Source: an uncultured virus (IMG/VR IMGVR_UViG_3300028925_010764) (Duplodnaviria > Heunggongvirae > Uroviricota > Caudoviricetes). From it: a DNA stretch of 20,000 nucleotides. The notes beneath the pieces were generated by a model that was not told where the DNA came from, did no database searches, and saw only the letters and a program-made list of their open reading frames with translations. Each line of letters begins with the position of its first letter. Position 1 is the stretch's first letter. The position numbers and the translations under genes are program-made. Positions 15,837 through 20,000 of the stretch are shown in pieces. Location of the stretch: the IMG/VR virus record IMGVR_UViG_3300028925_010764. One strand, given 5' to 3'.

Positions 15837-16661
15837 TTAATCGAGTGCCCGGCTGACTTCGATGAACCCAATATCGATGGCCATCTGAACCGTGCTCGTG
15901 GCTTCGATCCCGACATGGACAATAAGCGTCTGAGAGGCCGTCTGGGCTGAAAAGTCGGTAGTGGCCCCAGCGAGAACGTCGTTTATCCAGACTTCCGGAA
16001 TGAGCTCGGCGTTCCACTTGATCTTGAAATCGTAGACCTCGTCAACATTCACCGGGACGGAGGTCGCCGTGTAGAGTTCCGCTCCAGCGATGACCTGGAC
16101 GATGATCCAGTTCGCGTGCTGGGCCGTCGTGAGGCCCGTGGTCATCGACTCCGTTGGGTCGAACATCAGGAACACGCCGTCGCCGACCTCATCGGTAGGC
16201 AGTCCGGCCGTCACAGTCTCACGCATACCAGCAACCGCAACGATTGTGGTTATCGACGGCAGGCTCACGGAGCAGTGGAAGTGGACGTTCGTGGTTGCGT
16301 TTACGAGACACGCGAACCCGGTGCCTGCGTTTCCGCGAAGCATGGCGTCATTCGTGGCGATAGTGGTGGCATCAGTGCTAAGGTTGCACCCTCCCTTTAC
16401 GGATCGAGCGACAACTTCAGTGTCCGTGCCGAGGGCCACGACGAGTTTCGCCGAGTCTGCCGCGACGGTTGTGAGCGCCGGCAAGAGCTCGAAGTTCTCC
16501 AGTGCAGCGAGCCAGCGATGGCCGAAACCCATACCGGCCGGGCCGAAGGCGATCTCGCCATACGGTTCGACGTTAACTTTGTCTCGGAATGCGTCGGCGG
16601 AATCCGAGGAGGCGGATCCGTAGACCCGTCCTTTTCTGCGAAGGTCAACTTGAGTGCTCAT
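15837..16661 (-). CDS. Putative capsid decoration / structural protein, possible ConA-like beta-sandwich, 274 aa
   Basis: Thr/Ala/Val-rich all-beta pattern (VYDFKIKWNAELIPEVWINDVLAG; AIDIGFIEVSR). Lies in the capsid transcription unit before the terminator. Confidence 0.6.
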   Translation of the reverse strand: MSTQVDLRRKGRVYGSASSDSADAFRDKVNVEPYGEIAFGPAGMGFGHRWLAALENFELLPALTTVAADSAKLVVALGTDTEVVARSVKGGCNLSTDATTIATNDAMLRGNAGTGFACLVNATTNVHFHCSVSLPSITTIVAVAGMRETVTAGLPTDEVGDGVFLMFDPTESMTTGLTTAQHANWIIVQVIAGAELYTATSVPVNVDEVYDFKIKWNAELIPEVWINDVLAGATTDFSAQTASQTLIVHVGIEATSTVQMAIDIGFIEVSRALD

Positions 16662-16683
16662 GATTTTGGTTCTGGCTTGAAGA

Positions 16684-17187
16684 TTACAGGTTTCCGCGGG
16701 AGCTGATGGCGACGGCCGGCATACGGACGAGGGTGACAGTCATGGTGATGTCAGATCCAGCGTCGAGCGCGGGTTTGTCGTAGGCAATGTAGCCGTATCG
16801 AGCCCGGGGCCGGATCGGGGCAGTTAGGCCGAGGGCGTCGTCGACCACTGTCTTCGATGCCGTGTTGACGACAGCGTAGGCGTTCGTGGTCACGTCACCA
16901 GCTAAGGCCAGTGCGATCGCGTCGATGTCCGCGCTGGTGTCCAGCTCAGTCTTCGTCGATTTCGTGGTGCCGAGAGTGGTGTCAATCCTCTCGTTGCTCC
17001 AAAAGATATTGAACGTGATGTTGTTCGCGCCTGGCGCTGTTCCGTTGCACACCGTCTTGACCTTCAGAGCGAACTCGCGCAAGGCGAAGTCCGAGTTGAA
17101 GTCAATGATGTGCATCTTCTCGTCGGCGTTGGCCGTTTCTTCCCCGACGTTTACGGCGTTGAAGATGGTGGTAGTTTTAAATCCCAT
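16684..17187 (-). CDS. Putative capsid cement / decoration protein, 167 aa
   Basis: Directly follows the capsid gene. Beta-rich, with C-terminal PRARYGYIAY...ITMTVTLV, reminiscent of jelly-roll cement proteins. Confidence 0.6.
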   Translation of the reverse strand: MGFKTTTIFNAVNVGEETANADEKMHIIDFNSDFALREFALKVKTVCNGTAPGANNITFNIFWSNERIDTTLGTTKSTKTELDTSADIDAIALALAGDVTTNAYAVVNTASKTVVDDALGLTAPIRPRARYGYIAYDKPALDAGSDITMTVTLVRMPAVAISSRGNL

Positions 17188-17223
17188 GGTGCTTGTCGAT
17201 TAAGAGTTGCGGTTTCAGTCAGC

Positions 17224-18888
17224 TTACACAGTGCAGCCAGCGACCGTTAGGACCGGGCAGTCATCGTTGAAATTGTCGATGCCGTGATGCCGGTTCATGT
17301 CCTCCATGCAGACCGACCACTTGGTCGAGTTGAGCTGGTAGTGGTGCACGTTGGCCTTGATAATCGTGTTGTAAATATCGTCGGCGATGTTCGTCTGGCG
17401 AGTGGCGCTGGACGTCGCGGCGATACCAACCTGGACGTCGGACCAGTCAATGGCCCAGAGCGTTCGGCCACGGTTGCGGTCGGCGGCAGCGAAGGCGAGT
17501 AACCGGTCATCGAAATACTCGTGATGGAACACGCACAACTCGTAGGTGCCAAGGTCGGGCGGCAACTGGTAGACGTTGTAGTTGAAGATAATCTGGCTCT
17601 CGTGCTGCAGCTTGCCAGTCTCCGAGTAGTTGCGGACATCCTGGGTGCCATACTTGGCAGCGTAGAAGCCTGAGAACATCTGGAGAATCTTGCCGGCCGT
17701 CTCGCGGTCGGTCATCACGTCGATGCGATCCACGCTGCCGCCGTCAGCCTGGCGGGCTCGCTTCACGTTCTGCAGCGTGGAGATCAGAGTCTCGACGGAG
17801 AGCGGGTTGCCTTGGTGATCGAGCCACCGGCCGCAGTCCTGCATCTGAGTCTTGATGCCCTTAGCGTTGGCCTTGAACTCGAACGTGCAGCTCGGGTTGA
17901 CCGGATCAACGACAGTCGGCAGCGACCGGTAAGTCTCGTCAGCTTGGAACTCATTGATGCGTTGGCCGTAGAACAGGGAATGCTGCCACGATTTCAGGTG
18001 GCGAGCGTGCTGCTGGCGCTTCTGCTCGGCGAGCGGGAGCTGGGTGAAGTTCTTCCAGAACCCCGACATTAGGCCGGCGTCCAGAGCTTCGAGATACTCG
18101 TCATTGTATTCGTGCGTCTCCCGGCTGGTCTGCAACCAGAAGGTCAGAAGATCGTTGGGATTGTCGTGAGCATCGTTGAACGCGTGAGACTCGTAATCGG
18201 AGACACTGTTGGCGAGAATGAGGATATTGCCACTGGCCGTTCCCCAGTCGGTCTTCTCGCCAGCCGTTAACGCGGTGTATCCGGCTCCGGTCAGGTTCGG
18301 CTCGACGGTGATCTTAGCCGACTCGGTCCCTCCCGAGGTCGAGTTGGCAGTCGCGATGATCTTGAACTGCAGGGAAAGTGAGTCGCCGCTCGTGTCCAGA
18401 CATTCGACGAGGAGGTATTTGCCGGGCTGGAAGTAGCGTTCGAGATCCACGAGCGCCGTAGAGTAGGTGCTCGGGTTGTTCTCGATGGTGATGTCCCGCA
18501 TACCAGGGTGGACAGCGCCCACTCCAGCACCAGGTGTCGCAGTGCTGGCAGTCAGCAACCACGAGTTCGCATTGATGTTATGCTTCTGGCGCCGGTAGAA
18601 ATACGGCAGGATCACTGACCCTTGGCCGGGGATGGAGACTGGGTTGATTGCGCCCTTGATCGGAGCAATGGCGCCCATTAGAAGCATGTCGATGGGCGTT
18701 TCGATGTAGCCCGCGGCCCGCGCTTCCTGAGCGTTCGCGATGATGTCGTCCATCTTAACCTCGTCGCTGCCTTGGTCGGCAAACATTTGAGGCGTCATGC
18801 CGTTGATGTCGGCCCTTGTCAATGTGCAGCCGGTGGATTGTCCAACGGAGACGATTCGGGGTGTGCAAGAACCATTAAATTCAGCCAT
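17224..18888 (-). CDS. Major capsid protein (HK97-fold expected), 554 aa
   Basis: Strong C/G-ending codon bias. FWLQTSRETHEY, HSLFYGQR, KGIKTQM and LWAIDWSDV segments are ordered like SU10/DUF5309-type capsid motifs, by recall. Position is after a scaffold-like gene and before decoration genes and a terminator. Confidence 0.78.
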   Translation of the reverse strand: MAEFNGSCTPRIVSVGQSTGCTLTRADINGMTPQMFADQGSDEVKMDDIIANAQEARAAGYIETPIDMLLMGAIAPIKGAINPVSIPGQGSVILPYFYRRQKHNINANSWLLTASTATPGAGVGAVHPGMRDITIENNPSTYSTALVDLERYFQPGKYLLVECLDTSGDSLSLQFKIIATANSTSGGTESAKITVEPNLTGAGYTALTAGEKTDWGTASGNILILANSVSDYESHAFNDAHDNPNDLLTFWLQTSRETHEYNDEYLEALDAGLMSGFWKNFTQLPLAEQKRQQHARHLKSWQHSLFYGQRINEFQADETYRSLPTVVDPVNPSCTFEFKANAKGIKTQMQDCGRWLDHQGNPLSVETLISTLQNVKRARQADGGSVDRIDVMTDRETAGKILQMFSGFYAAKYGTQDVRNYSETGKLQHESQIIFNYNVYQLPPDLGTYELCVFHHEYFDDRLLAFAAADRNRGRTLWAIDWSDVQVGIAATSSATRQTNIADDIYNTIIKANVHHYQLNSTKWSVCMEDMNRHHGIDNFNDDCPVLTVAGCTV

Positions 18889-18936
18889 GTTTCGGTAGGG
18901 TTATTTGATCAATTGAACGCTTTTGTTCACAACCCA

Positions 18937-18964
18937 AAACTACCAGACGGATTCACGTACGCAA
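18937..18964 (-). promoter_or_regulatory. Possible sigma70-type promoter for the capsid unit
   Basis: Minus strand TTGCGT-N16-TAGTTT with TGG just before the -10 (extended -10). The -35 overlaps the U tract of the upstream terminator. Confidence 0.4.
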
Positions 18965-19000
18965 AAAAGCGGGGCAGTTTGTTTAAAAAACATGCCCCGC
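18963..19000 (-). terminator. Rho-independent terminator between scaffold-like gene and capsid gene
   Basis: Minus strand GCGGGGCA-TGTTT-TTT-AAACA-AAC-TGCCCCGC-T6: perfect 8-bp GC stem with an inner 5-bp extension, then a U tract. Confidence 0.8.
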
Positions 19001-19017
19001 GTGTGGTTTTTCTTTTT

Positions 19018-20000
19018 TTATCCGGAAGAGGGTAAACCTATCTTGCCTCGGATGTGCTTCATAAGAGGGTGCGGCTCCGGTGGAGCGGACGGCGAATCGC
19101 TAGGCTGGGACGGGATTATACCCACCTTAGGACTCTCAGCTTTCGGGCTTGGCGGGCTCTGATCTGATGCCGGTGGCGCCGGTTTTGGTACAACTTCCTT
19201 ATCCGGATCAGGATACACATAGCCCGCCGTCCTGATGCGATCATGCTCATTGAGCAGAAGAATCTGAGAATTTGTGATTAACATCTTGCTAACGTGGTCA
19301 AACTCGAAACACCAAACACCTTCCGCTGTGCCGGCGCGGGCGTGATCCATGTACACTGCTCGCGTCACCCAGTTCTTTCCGTTGCGAACTCCGTCTTGCT
19401 GGGCGAAGTCGTTCTCCATCCTGCCGAGGAACGAAAGGAGGAATCTGTGCGTCGGGTTCGCGCTGTCGAACTTCGCAAGGTCGTTCGTCACGTCCAAGAA
19501 AAACTTAGCTGCCTTCCAGTGCTCAGCCCAGATAGGCCCCTCGATAGGGTGCTTCGCAATGAGCGCGGATTCGTTTGTGTCCTCGTTGAATTGCAGGACT
19601 TCCGGCTTGAACACTGGGAGCTTGACCCCGTTGCCAACATCGGTCGACTGCATGGTTGCAACGCTGTCCGTCCATGCTTGGAAAGATTTCGCGACAATGG
19701 GCGTCGACCGGAGGCGGGCCTGTTCTCTCCGGAGCTCGTCCATGTCGGCGGCCGATTCATCCCGCGCGCTCTTGGTGGCCTGCTCAACGACCATCTTTCG
19801 GTAGAGCTTGTTTTTGTCACCTTGCCGGAATGTGGGCCGGTTCCTCCGGATGAACTGCTTGAACTCATCTCCGTCCGGTTCCTCGTCGGGGTTTTCGTCC
19901 GACCAGCGGTCGACCTTCTGAACGAACGCCATGTATTTATCGGACTGGCCGGCGTATTCCTGCGGGTCTGACTTCTCCGCGAACACCATGAGCTCGTATT
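19018..20000 (-). CDS. Putative scaffolding / head-assembly protein, 5'-truncated (>323 aa)
   Basis: The frame stays open upstream of the ATG at 19989 (..Y E L M) to the window edge. Acidic and helical, with a Pro-rich linker and short basic C-terminus. Lies directly upstream of the capsid gene. Confidence 0.55.
   Translation of the reverse strand, partial: YELMVFAEKSDPQEYAGQSDKYMAFVQKVDRWSDENPDEEPDGDEFKQFIRRNRPTFRQGDKNKLYRKMVVEQATKSARDESAADMDELRREQARLRSTPIVAKSFQAWTDSVATMQSTDVGNGVKLPVFKPEVLQFNEDTNESALIAKHPIEGPIWAEHWKAAKFFLDVTNDLAKFDSANPTHRFLLSFLGRMENDFAQQDGVRNGKNWVTRAVYMDHARAGTAEGVWCFEFDHVSKMLITNSQILLLNEHDRIRTAGYVYPDPDKEVVPKPAPPASDQSPPSPKAESPKVGIIPSQPSDSPSAPPEPHPLMKHIRGKIGLPSSG

Larger units (their letters stand above)
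1..20000 (-). mobile_element. Tailed phage (Caudoviricetes, podovirus-like) virion structural module; free phage or prophage
   Basis: 17 co-oriented minus-strand ORFs, many joined by ATGA/TAATG overlaps. Order is scaffold-capsid-decoration-adaptor-fibre-nozzle-fibre-GNAT-three ejection-like proteins. No tape-measure, sheath or host housekeeping genes recognised. Confidence 0.92.

Noticed and set aside
17188..17230. Capsid C-terminal extension by read-through or frameshift (T7 10B style)
   Set aside because: No slippery run at the gene end, and TAA is followed by an in-frame TGA two codons later.
15..19971. Numerous plus-strand and alternative-frame ORFs in the ORF track (e.g. 298-858, 1768-2355, 8855-9493, 10540-11193, 19294-19971)
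   Set aside because: All overlap long minus-strand genes and have the Ser/Arg-rich or antisense composition of shadow frames in GC-rich DNA.
1..20000. Possible stop-codon reassignment (no called gene ends in TAG)
   Set aside because: Genes tile the strand under the standard code with no in-frame TAG or TGA interruptions, and TAG is normally the rarest stop.

Overview
The whole window is a single-direction (minus-strand), tightly coupled virion-morphogenesis module of a tailed phage with podovirus-like (P22/T7-type) gene order. Whether it is a free phage or a prophage cannot be told from this window. Reading right to left: putative scaffold (5'-truncated), terminator plus possible promoter, major capsid protein, two probable decoration proteins, terminator, a small gene with a likely programmed -1 frameshift, head-tail adaptor, small fibre-like protein, two very basic small proteins (one missed by the ORF track), a fibre-like protein with a signal peptide, a 1172-aa tail nozzle with inserted domains, a small coiled-coil protein, a second fibre, a GNAT-fold protein, and three DNA-ejection proteins. 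The last of these is a >1050-aa ORF running off the left edge, also missed by the ORF track. All product calls come from motifs and synteny read by eye, not from database searches. The most unusual signals are: a dnaX-like frameshift cassette whose alternative C-terminus ends in CGGC; a secretion signal on a fibre protein; and basic micro-genes bounded by a duplicated gene end.
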